Shown here: positions 33,065-42,541 of the stretch, one piece after another
How positions within the stretch are numbered: position 1 is the first letter of the stretch
Layout of the letters: the number at the start of each line of letters is the position of its first letter
NCBI GenBank assembly: GCA_965224245.1
Contig: OZ245046.1
Span: 800,001-864,000, forward strand
Direction of reading: 5' to 3'
From: Candidatus Eiseniibacteriota bacterium
GTDB taxonomy: Bacteria; Eisenbacteria; RBG-16-71-46; CAZAMP01
DNA length: 64,000 bases
Notes under the pieces: generated by a model
Databases searched by the model: none
What the model saw: only the letters and a program-made list of their open reading frames with translations
Told to the model about the DNA's origin: nothing
Made by a program: the position numbers and the translations under genes

Positions 33065-34017
33065 ACCTCGTCTTCATGGGAAGTCCCGAGTTTGCGGTGC
33101 CGTCGCTGCGCGCGCTCGCCGCATCGCGACACCGTGTGCTCGAGGTCGTCACGCAGCCCGATCGCCCGCGCGGGCGTGGGCGGCGTCTGGCCGCCTCCCC
33201 GGTGGGGGCGCTGGCGCACGAGCTGGGTCTGCCGGTGCTGAAGCCGGAGCGCTTCGCCGATCCGGACGTCGTGGCGCATCTGGACGCGAGCGGGGCGGAC
33301 GTGTTCGCGGTCGTGGCCTATGGCGAGCTCCTTCGCAAGCGCCATCTGGCGATCCCGCCCCGGGGATGCGTGAACGTGCATCCGTCGCTGTTGCCGCGCC
33401 ACCGAGGTGCGGTCCCGATCCAGTCGGCGCTCCTGGCGGGTGACGACGTCACCGGAGTCACCACGATGTTCATGGCGCGCGGTCTCGACACGGGTGACAT
33501 GCTCCTGCAACGCGCCACCGAGGTGCGCCCCGGCGAGAACGCGGGGAGCCTCCACGACCGGCTGAGCGAGATGGGCGCCGAGCTCCTGGTCGAGACGCTG
33601 GACGGGCTGTCCGAGGATGCTCTCACGCCGATCCCCCAGGACGACGCACGCGCGACGCTCTGCCACAAGCTCACGAAGGCCGATGGCCGCATCGACTGGA
33701 CACGGGACGCGTTGGATCTGTACCGGCACGTTCGCGCGATGACCCCGTGGCCCGGCGCGGTGACCGGGCGGGGCGGTTCGCCGCTGACCGTGCTCGCGGC
33801 GGATCTGGTCGACGTGATCCGGCACGATGGCGAGCCGGGCCGCGTGGTCGGCGTGGCGCCGGGCCGGGGACCGGTGCTGGCGACCGGTCGGGGCCGCCTG
33901 TGCGTGACCTCGCTCAAGCCGGCCGGATCCCGGGCGATGGACGGCGCGTCGTTCGTCCGAGGGCATCGCGTCGAGGTCGGTGAGCGATGGCACGACGACG
34001 GGACGGCGGCCCGATGA
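33061..34017 (+). CDS. fmt: Methionyl-tRNA formyltransferase
   Basis: VFMGSPEFAV, TQPDRP.GRG, NVHPSLLP.HRG. Confidence 0.97.
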   Translation: MNLVFMGSPEFAVPSLRALAASRHRVLEVVTQPDRPRGRGRRLAASPVGALAHELGLPVLKPERFADPDVVAHLDASGADVFAVVAYGELLRKRHLAIPPRGCVNVHPSLLPRHRGAVPIQSALLAGDDVTGVTTMFMARGLDTGDMLLQRATEVRPGENAGSLHDRLSEMGAELLVETLDGLSEDALTPIPQDDARATLCHKLTKADGRIDWTRDALDLYRHVRAMTPWPGAVTGRGGSPLTVLAADLVDVIRHDGEPGRVVGVAPGRGPVLATGRGRLCVTSLKPAGSRAMDGASFVRGHRVEVGERWHDDGTAAR

Positions 34018-36017
34018 GCGGCGACGACGACACGCGCGAGCCCAGGGGACCGCGCAGCCCGAAGCGGCCGCGAGATCCACGAAAGGCCCGCCACCCACAG
34101 GGGCGCGGCCGTCGCCACGCAGACGATCGCTCCGGACGTGATCCCCGCGGAGCGCGGAGTCCTCGCGATGGAGAGTCTCCGCGCGAGGAGCGCGATCGCC
34201 GCCGCGACGGTCGCCGCCGCGACGAGCGAGGTCCACGTGACGCACGAGGTCCACGTGACACCCGAGGTCCACGTGACGCCCGAGGTCCGCGCGACGCCCG
34301 AGGTCCCCGCGACGCCCGAGGTCCCCGCGACGCCCGAGGTCCCCGCGACGCCCGAGGTCCCCGCGACGCGCGCGGCTCCGGCAACACACGAGACTCCCAC
34401 GACACACGCGGCCGCGGCGACGCACGCGGCCCCCGCGACCGCCGAGCGGGCCGCGATGGCGGCGGCTCCCGGGAGGCACGCGAACCGCGAGAGGGATGGG
34501 GTCGCCGAGAGAGGCACGGACCGCGGGAGGGCCGCGGGGCCCGGGAGGGCCACACACCCCGGGAGGGACACGGACCCCGCGTGAGACGCGGACCCGGAGA
34601 CGGACACGGACCCCGGGAGGGTCGCGGACCGGGCGCCGAGCGCGGCCGTGGCCGCGAGCGCCACGGGCGCCCGGCATCCGGCCCGCGCCGGCCTGACGAC
34701 CGTCGTGTCGTCCCGGCGCGCTGGGCCGCCCACCGCGCGCTCACCGACAGCGCCCGGGGTCGCGTGTTCGCCGAGCGCGTCCTGGCCCGGCTGTTCACCG
34801 AGGGGCGCTTCGTCCGGGCCGATCGCGCCCTGGCCACCGCGATCGTGCAGGAGACGCTCCGGCGGCGAGCCGCCCTCGACTACCGGCTCGACGCGATGCT
34901 CGCCGAGCGGCTGGACGAGCTGCCGCTCCCGGTCGTCAACGCGCTTCGCATCGGGCTGGTTCAGCTCCTGCACCTGGATCGCGTGCCGCCGCATGCGGCC
35001 GTGAACGACTCGGTGACCCTGTGCCGGATCACCGGCCACGTCGAGCAGGTGGGAGTGGTCAACGCGATCCTGCGACGCGCCGCCTCGGGCGACCTGCCGC
35101 CCCTGCCCGACGGGGACGACGACGAGTCGATCGCGGTCCGGCACTCGCTGCCCCTCTGGCTCGTGACCCGGTGGCGTCGTTACGGTGACCGGTTCTACGA
35201 GGTCGTGGCGGGCGCGAACCGGATCCCCGACCTCGTCCTCCGGGTGGACCGGCGACGCACGAGCGTGGAGGCCGTGCTGGCCGCGCTCGCGACGAAGGGT
35301 GTCGACGCGACCCCCGGTCATCTCTCGGCGGACTCGGTGCGCGTGCTCGGCCGGCTGACCCTCGAGGATCTCGGGCCGTTTCGAGAGGGGCTGGCCAGCG
35401 TGCAGGACGAGGCCGAATCCCTCGTGGTCGAGCTCGTGGACCCGCTGCCGACCCACCGCGTGCTGGATCTCTGCGCGGCGCCGGGGGGCAAGAGCCTCCA
35501 CGTGCTCGAGAGGACCGGCGGCGCGGTCGAGCTGATCGCGGTCGAGAAGGAGTTCACCCGGCTGTCCCGGCTGCGCGAGAACCGGTCCCGGCTGGGCATG
35601 GCATTCGACGTCGTCTGCGCGGACGGTCGCGAGCTGCCGTTCGACGTCGCGTTCGATCGGGTGCTCGTGGACGCGCCGTGCACGGGCACCGGCGTCCTGG
35701 CGCGCCGCGCCGACTCCCGGTGGCGACTCGGCGTTGACGATCCCCGCAAATCGCGCGATCTTCAGCTGGAGCTCCTGGCCAGCGGAGCCGACCGCGTGGC
35801 GCTGGGCGGACTGCTCGTCTATGCGGTGTGCAGCATCGAGCCCGAGGAAACCACCGACGTCGTCGAGCGGTTCACCGGACACAACCGGCGCTTCCGGGAG
35901 GAGCCGGCCGACACGCTGCCGGCCCCCGCGCGCGACGCCGAGGGCCGGCTGCACCTCCTGCCGGGCCAGTACGGGTCGGACGGGGTCTTCGCCGCTCGCT
36001 TTCGCCGGATCGAGTAG
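34014..36017 (+). CDS. rsmB: 16S rRNA m5C967 methyltransferase RsmB with long Arg/Gly/Asp-rich N-terminal extension
   Basis: NusB-like domain (PPHAAVN, VNAILR), QDEA, DLCAAPGGKS, DAPCTGTG, CSI; ATG overlaps the fmt stop (ATGA). Confidence 0.92.
   Translation: MSGDDDTREPRGPRSPKRPRDPRKARHPQGRGRRHADDRSGRDPRGARSPRDGESPREERDRRRDGRRRDERGPRDARGPRDTRGPRDARGPRDARGPRDARGPRDARGPRDARGPRDARGSGNTRDSHDTRGRGDARGPRDRRAGRDGGGSREAREPREGWGRRERHGPREGRGAREGHTPREGHGPRVRRGPGDGHGPREGRGPGAERGRGRERHGRPASGPRRPDDRRVVPARWAAHRALTDSARGRVFAERVLARLFTEGRFVRADRALATAIVQETLRRRAALDYRLDAMLAERLDELPLPVVNALRIGLVQLLHLDRVPPHAAVNDSVTLCRITGHVEQVGVVNAILRRAASGDLPPLPDGDDDESIAVRHSLPLWLVTRWRRYGDRFYEVVAGANRIPDLVLRVDRRRTSVEAVLAALATKGVDATPGHLSADSVRVLGRLTLEDLGPFREGLASVQDEAESLVVELVDPLPTHRVLDLCAAPGGKSLHVLERTGGAVELIAVEKEFTRLSRLRENRSRLGMAFDVVCADGRELPFDVAFDRVLVDAPCTGTGVLARRADSRWRLGVDDPRKSRDLQLELLASGADRVALGGLLVYAVCSIEPEETTDVVERFTGHNRRFREEPADTLPAPARDAEGRLHLLPGQYGSDGVFAARFRRIE
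34227..34370 (+). repeat. 8 x 18-bp tandem repeat encoding (RGPRDA)n
   Basis: Unit CGAGGTCC(A/C/G)CG(T/C)GAC(G/A)CN repeated 8 times in frame in rsmB. Confidence 0.95.
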
Positions 36018-36107
36018 GCATCTCGGGCCCGGCCGCGACCGGCGGACACACGACAGGACGGACGATCGACCGGAGGGGCGGTCCGGCCGCCAGGAAGAGG
36101 ACACGCG

Positions 36108-37025
36108 ATGACCCAGCCAGAGCTGGAGCCCAGCTCCGAGCCGGCGGCGGAGCCGGCGGCAAGGCCGATGACGGAGCCGGCCGCGAGGACGCCCCGATGG
36201 CGCCGCCTCTCCCGGCCCACGCGCCGGCAGATCGGGCGCGGTGCGCTGCATCTGGTCGCGATCGGCACCGGCGCCGTCGTGGCCGGGCTCCTGATCCACT
36301 TCGGGTTCATGCCGCTCGCGGTCGGACACGGGCGCGACATCGTCGTGCCGGACGTGTCCGGGCTGGATCGGGAAGACGCGATCCGGACGCTGGCGGACGA
36401 GGGTCTCGCGGCGAAGGTCGTCGCCGAGCGCGTGGATCTCCACAGCGCGCCGGGCACGATCCTCGACCAGGATCCACCGGCCGGCTTTCGGACCCGCGAG
36501 GGACGTGCGGTCGGTCTGACCGCGAGCCTGGGACGCGGCGAGGTTCTCGTGCCACCGGTCACCGGCGAGTCGCTTCGTCACACCGAGCTGATGCTCACGC
36601 GCGAAGGGCTGCCGATCGGGTTCGTCTCGCGCCGCTACGACTCGACCGACGAGGAGCTCGTGATCGCGACGTCCCCGCCGGCCAACGAGCCGGTGCAACG
36701 GGGGCGGCCGATCAACGTCCTGGTCTCCGCCGGTCAGCAGCCCGAGGCGTTCATGATGCCGGACTTCACCGGCGCCGACCCCAACACCGTCTCGCGCGCG
36801 CTCCGGCGCGCGGGCTTTCCGGCCGAGGTCGAGTATCCGGCGGACTCCCGCGCGGATGCCCGGGTCGTGGCACAGGAACCGGAGCCCGGTCACCGGATCG
36901 TGGCCGGCGACCGCATCAAGCTCATCGTAGGAGATCGGAATGACCGCCGAGCCGACGAGAAAGGCCGCGTTCTGGACGCCCCCCGGCGGCGACCCCGTGG
37001 TCGCTCCATCGATTCTGGCCGCTGA
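36108..37025 (+). CDS. PASTA domain-containing membrane protein
   Basis: One TM helix, then three repeats beginning VPDVSG, VPPVTG, MPDFTG with Q.P..G motifs. Confidence 0.9.
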   Translation: MTQPELEPSSEPAAEPAARPMTEPAARTPRWRRLSRPTRRQIGRGALHLVAIGTGAVVAGLLIHFGFMPLAVGHGRDIVVPDVSGLDREDAIRTLADEGLAAKVVAERVDLHSAPGTILDQDPPAGFRTREGRAVGLTASLGRGEVLVPPVTGESLRHTELMLTREGLPIGFVSRRYDSTDEELVIATSPPANEPVQRGRPINVLVSAGQQPEAFMMPDFTGADPNTVSRALRRAGFPAEVEYPADSRADARVVAQEPEPGHRIVAGDRIKLIVGDRNDRRADEKGRVLDAPRRRPRGRSIDSGR

Positions 37026-37656
37026 CTTCGCCGATCTGGCCGCCGCGATCACGGGGGTCGAGGACGCGGGGGTGACGGGACTTCACCTGGACGTGATGGA
37101 CGGGCACTTCGTGCCCAACATCACGTTCGGACCCGCGCTGGTGGCGGCCGTCGCCGGGCGCACGGACGCGTTCCTGGACTGTCACCTGATGATCGAGGAG
37201 CCGCTCCGATACGCCGGGGCGTTCGCCGACGCCGGCGCGGATCTGATCTCGATCCACGCCGAGCTGTTCGAGGATCCCCGGCCGGCGCTGGAGGCCGTCT
37301 CGGCCCTCGGGGTCCGGGTGGGCATCGCCATCAACCCCGACACGCCGCTCGAGCGCGTCGCCGGGTGCCTCGACGCGTGCGATCTCCTCGTGGTGATGAG
37401 CGTGTTTCCGGGGTTCGGCGGGCAGTCGTTCCGCCCCGAGTCGGTCCCCAAGATCGCCGAGGCCGCGGCCCTCCGGGCCCGCGAGGGGCTGGGGTTCGCG
37501 ATCGAGGTGGACGGCGGCATCGGGGTCGACAACGCCCGGCTCGTCGCCGACGCGGGCGCGGACGTGCTCGTGGCCGGGAGCGCCGTGTTCGGCGCCCCCG
37601 ACCCGACCGCGGCGGTGGTCGCGATCGCCGGAGCCGGGGCGGGCGTGACCGGCTGA
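36940..37656 (+). CDS. rpe: Ribulose-phosphate 3-epimerase
   Basis: APSILAADF, HLDVMDGHFVPNITFG, MSV.PGFGGQ, VDGGI, VAGSAVF. Confidence 0.97.
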   Translation: MTAEPTRKAAFWTPPGGDPVVAPSILAADFADLAAAITGVEDAGVTGLHLDVMDGHFVPNITFGPALVAAVAGRTDAFLDCHLMIEEPLRYAGAFADAGADLISIHAELFEDPRPALEAVSALGVRVGIAINPDTPLERVAGCLDACDLLVVMSVFPGFGGQSFRPESVPKIAEAAALRAREGLGFAIEVDGGIGVDNARLVADAGADVLVAGSAVFGAPDPTAAVVAIAGAGAGVTG

Positions 37657-37771
37657 GCCCCCCGGCGGCCCGTCCCGGATCGCCGAAAGCGCTTTACCCA
37701 GGCGCGGTTCGGGCTTACACTCGTCGCCCTTTGGCCCGGAGGGCCGATCCACGTCCAGTTCGCGAGGATCC

Positions 37772-39097
37772 ATGTTCGAGCAGCTGACCGAGAAACTCGA
37801 CGCCACGTTCCGCAAGCTGAGCGGCCGGGGGACCCTGTCGGAGTCCAACGTCAAGGAAGGGCTCCGGGACGTCCGGCGTGCGCTCCTCGAGGCCGACGTG
37901 CACTTCGGGGTGGCCAAGGCGTTCATCAAGCGCGTCGAGGAGAAGGCGATCGGTCAGGACGTCCTCAAGGGGATCAATCCGTCTCAGCAGGTCGTGAAGA
38001 TCGTGCACGACGAGCTCGTCACGCTGATGGGTGGCGAGCAGCGCCGGCTTCGCCGGGCCCCGACGCCGCCGTCGGTCGTGATGATCGTCGGTCTCCAGGG
38101 CTCCGGGAAGACGTCGTTCTGCGGCAAGCTCGCCGTCCATCTTCGCAAGTCCAAGCAGCGGGTCATGATGGCGGCGTGCGACGTCTATCGCCCCGCGGCC
38201 ATCGACCAGCTGGAGACGGTCGGGCGCGAGATCGACGTTCCGGTCTACGCCGATCGCGAGACCCCCGACGTGGTGGCCATCGCGAAGGCCGCGTTCGCCG
38301 CCGCGCGAGACAAGGCGGCCGACTATCTGATCCTCGACACCGCCGGTCGCCTCCACGTCGACGAGATGAAGATGGACGAGCTCGCGCGGCTCCGCGACGC
38401 GCTGACGCCGTCCGACACGCTCCTGGTCGTGGACGGCATGACCGGCCAGGACGCGGTGCGCATCGGCGAGTCGTTCCAGGAGAAGCTGGGCTTCGACGCG
38501 ATCGTGCTGACCAAGATGGACGGTGACGCCCGGGGCGGCGCGGCGCTCTCGGTGCGCGAGGTCACCGGCAAGCCCATCGTGTTCCTCGGCAACGGCGAGA
38601 AGCCCTCGGACATCCTCGAGTTCCATCCCGATCGGATGGCCTCGCGCATCCTGGGCATGGGCGACATTCTCGGTCTGGTCGAGAAGGCGCAGGAGCAGTT
38701 CGACGAGAAGGAGGCCGCGGCGCTGGAGCGGAAGATCCGCAAGAGCCAGTTCACGCTGCAGGACTTCCTGAGCCAGCTCCGCATGATCCAGAAGATGGGA
38801 CCGATCGAGGACCTCCTCAAGCACATCCCCGGCGTCGGGGCGCAGATCAAGGACCTGAAGATCGACCCGAAGGAGCTCAAGCGCATCGAGGCCATCATCC
38901 TGTCGATGACGCCCGGCGAGCGCGACAATCCCAAGGTCATCGACGCGTCGCGCCGCCGGCGGATCAGCGCCGGCAGCGGCACGAGCGTCCAGCAGGTCAA
39001 TCAGCTGCTCAAGCAGTTCAAAGAGATGAACAAGATGATGAAGCAAGTATCCAAACTCTCGAAAGGCCGCCGGCCGAGGATGCCGTTCGCGGTCTGA
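37772..39097 (+). CDS. ffh: Signal recognition particle protein Ffh
   Basis: GLQGSGKT, DTAGR, TKMDGDARGG, RILGMGD, M-domain. Confidence 0.99.
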   Translation: MFEQLTEKLDATFRKLSGRGTLSESNVKEGLRDVRRALLEADVHFGVAKAFIKRVEEKAIGQDVLKGINPSQQVVKIVHDELVTLMGGEQRRLRRAPTPPSVVMIVGLQGSGKTSFCGKLAVHLRKSKQRVMMAACDVYRPAAIDQLETVGREIDVPVYADRETPDVVAIAKAAFAAARDKAADYLILDTAGRLHVDEMKMDELARLRDALTPSDTLLVVDGMTGQDAVRIGESFQEKLGFDAIVLTKMDGDARGGAALSVREVTGKPIVFLGNGEKPSDILEFHPDRMASRILGMGDILGLVEKAQEQFDEKEAAALERKIRKSQFTLQDFLSQLRMIQKMGPIEDLLKHIPGVGAQIKDLKIDPKELKRIEAIILSMTPGERDNPKVIDASRRRRISAGSGTSVQQVNQLLKQFKEMNKMMKQVSKLSKGRRPRMPFAV

Positions 39098-39115
39098 TCA
39101 CCTAGGAGGTGAGGA

Positions 39116-39850
39116 TTGTCAGTCAAGATCCGGCTTCTGCGTTCGGGTCAGAAGCACCGCCCGTTCTACAAGGTCGTCGTCGCCGACTCGCGCGCGCCGC
39201 GTGACGGTCGGTTCATCGAGATGCTCGGGTACTACGACCCGGTACCGACGACGGGCCTGTTGAAGATCGACACCGAGCGGGTCAAGCACTGGGTCGATCG
39301 CGGTGCGACCGCCACCGACACCGTGCGCGCGTTGATCAAGAAGTCCGGGAGCTGGCCGACCGCCGACGACGTCGCGACGAAGGCACGTGAGAAGCGCTCG
39401 AAGGCGATCGAAGAGGCCAACCGTCTGGCGCCTCGCAAGCCCGAGGCTGCGCCGGCGAAGACCGAGGGCCCGAAGCCGGCCGGGAAGCCCGCCGGGAAGG
39501 CCGCGGCTCCCAAGGCGGACGCCCCGAAGGCCAAGGCGGCTGCCCCGAAGGCCGACGCTGCGCCGAAGGCCGACACCGCGCCGAAGCCCGCCGCCGCCCC
39601 GAAGGCCGACACCGCGCCGAAGGCCGCCGCCGCGCCGAAGGCCGACACCGCGCCGAAGGCCGACGCCGCGCCGAAGGCCGACGCCGCGCCGAAGGCCGAC
39701 GCCGCGCCGAAGGCCGACGCCGCGCCGAAGGCCGACGCCGCGCCGAAGGCCGACGCCGCGCCGAAGGCCGACGCCGCGCCGAAGGCCGACGCCGCGCCGA
39801 CGGCGGCCGACGCCGAGGCGAAGCCCGACGCCCCCGAGAAGAAGGACTAG
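39116..39850 (+). CDS. rpsP: 30S ribosomal protein S16 with long Ala/Lys/Pro/Asp repeat tail
   Basis: TTG start after AGGAGGT; VKIRL.R.G.K..PFY.VVVADSR.PRDGRFIE.LG.Y.P. Confidence 0.97.
   Translation: MSVKIRLLRSGQKHRPFYKVVVADSRAPRDGRFIEMLGYYDPVPTTGLLKIDTERVKHWVDRGATATDTVRALIKKSGSWPTADDVATKAREKRSKAIEEANRLAPRKPEAAPAKTEGPKPAGKPAGKAAAPKADAPKAKAAAPKADAAPKADTAPKPAAAPKADTAPKAAAAPKADTAPKADAAPKADAAPKADAAPKADAAPKADAAPKADAAPKADAAPKADAAPTAADAEAKPDAPEKKD
39545..39796 (+). repeat. 14 x 18-bp tandem repeat encoding (PKADAA)n
   Basis: Unit CCGAAGGCCGACGCCGCG with variants; the last 8 copies are identical. Confidence 0.95.
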
Positions 39851-39859
39851 CGCGAACCG

Positions 39860-40090
39860 ATGCGAGAGTTCATCGAGTACGTCGTTCGCTCGCTCGTCGA
39901 GCAGCCGGACGACGTCGCCGTCATCGAGAAGCCCGGCGATCGAGCCACGGTGTTCGAGCTGGCCGTGCACCCGGACGATCGTGGCCGCATCATCGGCAAG
40001 TCCGGGCAGACGATTCACGCGCTGCGCAGCCTCGTATCCGCCGCGGCCACGCTGAAGGGCGTGAACGCGACCGTCGACGTCGCCGAGTAG
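39860..40090 (+). CDS. khpA: KH-domain RNA-binding protein KhpA
   Basis: D.GRIIGKSGQTI.ALR; between rpsP and rimM. Confidence 0.95.
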   Translation: MREFIEYVVRSLVEQPDDVAVIEKPGDRATVFELAVHPDDRGRIIGKSGQTIHALRSLVSAAATLKGVNATVDVAE

Positions 40091-40103
40091 TCGTCGAACG
40101 ACC

Positions 40104-40625
40104 GTGGCTCCGGACGATCTCGTGGCCCTCGCGCGCGTCGGGCGCGCGAGAGGTCTCCGCGGTGACGTGATACTCCGGGGCGATCCCGACGCCCTGGCGC
40201 TCATCACCGACGGCGCCGAGCTGACGCTCGTCCGGGACGGCGAGCGGCGCGACGTCGTCGCGCAGCACTGTCGCGACGTCAAGGACGGCGTGTCCGTGCG
40301 CTTCGACGGCATCACCGACCGCACGGCGGCCGAGAGCCTGCGGGACATGCGGGTGGCCGTGGAGCGCGATCGGCTGCCCGAGCCCAGTGTCGACTGGTTC
40401 TTGTTCGAGCTGATCCAGGACTACGACGTGGTCACGACCGCGAACGAGCCGGTGGGCCGCGTGGCCGACCGGATCCGCACGCCGGCCCAGGACGTCCTCG
40501 TCGTACGCGCCGGTGATCGCGAGGTGCTCGTCCCGGCGGTGCCGGCGATCCTGGTGTCGATCGACGCGGACGCGCGGCGGCTCGTCATCGAGCCCGTACC
40601 GGGCCTCCTGGACCTCAACGCGTAA
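40104..40625 (+). CDS. rimM: Ribosome maturation factor RimM
   Basis: G.ARGLRG.V, DRTAAE.L, QDVLVV, LVP.V, PGLL; synteny. Confidence 0.93.
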   Translation: MAPDDLVALARVGRARGLRGDVILRGDPDALALITDGAELTLVRDGERRDVVAQHCRDVKDGVSVRFDGITDRTAAESLRDMRVAVERDRLPEPSVDWFLFELIQDYDVVTTANEPVGRVADRIRTPAQDVLVVRAGDREVLVPAVPAILVSIDADARRLVIEPVPGLLDLNA

Positions 40626-40637
40626 CGAGCGACGGCG

Positions 40638-41423
40638 ATGCACGTTTCCATCCTGACCGCGTTCCCAAGGATGTTCGAGGGCCCGTTCGCCGAGGGCATC
40701 ATCCGGATCGCGCGCGAGGGCGGACAGCTCACGGTGGAGACGATCGACTACCGGGAGTTCACGAGCGATCGACATCGGACGATCGACGACGCGCCGTTCG
40801 GCGGGGGGCCGGGCATGATCCTGAAGCCAGAGCCCATCGCGGCGGGCCTGGAGCGTGCCGATCACGCGAGCGGGGGCCGCGCGCATCGCATCCTGCTCGG
40901 CCCGAGCGGCGATCGATTCGATCAGGCCACCGCCCGCGAGCTCGCCGGCCTGGAGCGGATCGCGCTCGTCACCGGGCGCTACAAGGACGTGGACGACCGG
41001 GTCAGGGGGCTCGTCGACCGGGAGCTCTCGATCGGGGACTATGTCCTTTCAGGAGGCGAACTTCCGGCGATGGTCGTCGTGGATGCGGTGGCCCGTCTGT
41101 TGCCGGGGGTGGTCGGCGACGAGGCCTCGGTCGACTCCGATTCTTTTGAGTATGGCCGACTGGACGCGCCGTACTATACTCGCCCGTCCGAATTCGCCGG
41201 GCGCGACGTGCCCGGCGTCTTGCGCTCGGGACATCATGCCCGGGTCGCCGAGTGGCGACGCAAGGAAGCGCTCAGGCGCACGCTCGTGTGGCGGCCGGAT
41301 CTGTTCGACACGAATCCGATCACCGAGGACGAGCGACGTCTCCTGCGCGAGATCCAGCGCGAGCTGAACACGCGCATCGACGAGGTCGCCGGCTCCGGCG
41401 GCGCCGGAACCGACAGAGGGTAG
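40638..41423 (+). CDS. trmD: tRNA (guanine37-N1)-methyltransferase
   Basis: [29 protein letters not shown]. Confidence 0.98.
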   Translation: MHVSILTAFPRMFEGPFAEGIIRIAREGGQLTVETIDYREFTSDRHRTIDDAPFGGGPGMILKPEPIAAGLERADHASGGRAHRILLGPSGDRFDQATARELAGLERIALVTGRYKDVDDRVRGLVDRELSIGDYVLSGGELPAMVVVDAVARLLPGVVGDEASVDSDSFEYGRLDAPYYTRPSEFAGRDVPGVLRSGHHARVAEWRRKEALRRTLVWRPDLFDTNPITEDERRLLREIQRELNTRIDEVAGSGGAGTDRG

Positions 41424-41427
41424 AACG

Positions 41428-41775
41428 ATGGAGAACATTCGACGCATCGAGGCGCCCCACCTCAGAAGCGACCTGCCGAGCTTCCGATCCGGGGACACCG
41501 TGCGCGTTCACGTGAACGTGGTCGAGGGCGACAAGAAGCGCATCCAGGTCTTCCAGGGCGTGGTCATCGGCCGCCGCGGCGGCGGCGCCAGCGAGACGTT
41601 CATGGTTCGCAAGGTCACTGACGGCGTGGGTGTCGAGCGCATCTTCCCGTTGCACTCGCCCAGCATCGACAAGGTCGAGGTGGTTCAGCGCGGCAAGGTG
41701 CGGCGCGCGAAGCTCTTCTATCTCCGCGAGCGCACCGGCAAGCACGCCCGCATCAAGGCCCTCCGCGAGAAGTAG
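41428..41775 (+). CDS. rplS: 50S ribosomal protein L19
   Basis: [33 protein letters not shown]. Confidence 0.99.
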   Translation: MENIRRIEAPHLRSDLPSFRSGDTVRVHVNVVEGDKKRIQVFQGVVIGRRGGGASETFMVRKVTDGVGVERIFPLHSPSIDKVEVVQRGKVRRAKLFYLRERTGKHARIKALREK

Positions 41776-41794
41776 ACCCGCCCCCGGAGGCGCA

Positions 41795-42433
41795 GTGCCG
41801 CGAACGCGCCGACGAACGCGGGCCCCGGGGCGCCGCCGCGAACGCCTCTGGCGCGAGCGCGGCGCCCGGCGAGTGGCCGGCATCGACGAGGCCGGCCGGG
41901 GACCGCTCGCCGGTCCCGTGGTGGCCGCCGCCGTCGTGCTCCCCGAGGACGTCACCCTCCGCGGCGTCCGCGACTCGAAGCTTCTCCCCGACGACCGGCT
42001 CGAGACGCTCTTCGCGCGCGTCGTGGACCGCGCCGAGGCCGTGTCCTGGTGCGCGGCCGGGCCGAGCCTCATCGACCGGGTCAACATCCTGCGTGCGAGC
42101 CACGTGGCCATGCGCGTGGCCGTGGACGACCTCCCGGTGCGTCCCGACGTCGCGCTGATCGACGGTCACCTGACGCCCGACGTGGGGTGCCAGGCGGAGT
42201 GCGTCGTCAAGGGGGACATGACCGAGCTCGTGATCGCGTGCGCGTCGATCGTGGCCAAGGTGGTCCGCGATCGGATGATGGCCCTCTACGACGCGGTGTA
42301 CGCGGGATATGGCTTCGCGCGCCACCACGGGTACCCGACGCCCGAGCACCTCGCGGCGATCGACCGGCTGGGGGCGTGCCCGATCCATCGGTACTCGTTC
42401 GCCCCGGTGGCCCAGGCCAGGCTGATGCTGTGA
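41795..42433 (+). CDS. rnhB: Ribonuclease HII
   Basis: GIDEAGRGPLAGPVVAAA, DSK, ASIVAKV.RD, GY.T..H, HR.SF; GGAGG RBS before GTG. Confidence 0.97.
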   Translation: MPRTRRRTRAPGRRRERLWRERGARRVAGIDEAGRGPLAGPVVAAAVVLPEDVTLRGVRDSKLLPDDRLETLFARVVDRAEAVSWCAAGPSLIDRVNILRASHVAMRVAVDDLPVRPDVALIDGHLTPDVGCQAECVVKGDMTELVIACASIVAKVVRDRMMALYDAVYAGYGFARHHGYPTPEHLAAIDRLGACPIHRYSFAPVAQARLML

Positions 42434-42457
42434 GTCGCTCGGATCACTGGCGGCAAT

Positions 42458-42494
42458 ACCCGGGTACACTCGGTTGCACCCGGGTACACTCGGT
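42458..42494. repeat. Two direct copies of 17-bp ACCCGGGTACACTCGGT
   Basis: Copies at 42458-42474 and 42478-42494, period 20 bp. Confidence 0.85.
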
Positions 42495-42541
42495 GACAGC
42501 ACCGTTCGTCACGTGTGTCATGGAGCGGGGAGGAGCTGACC

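Noticed and set aside
33318-37052. 1244-aa minus-strand ORF with VAGTSG repeats
   Set aside because: Antisense to fmt, rsmB and PASTA; the repeats are just the reverse reading of the rsmB VNTR.
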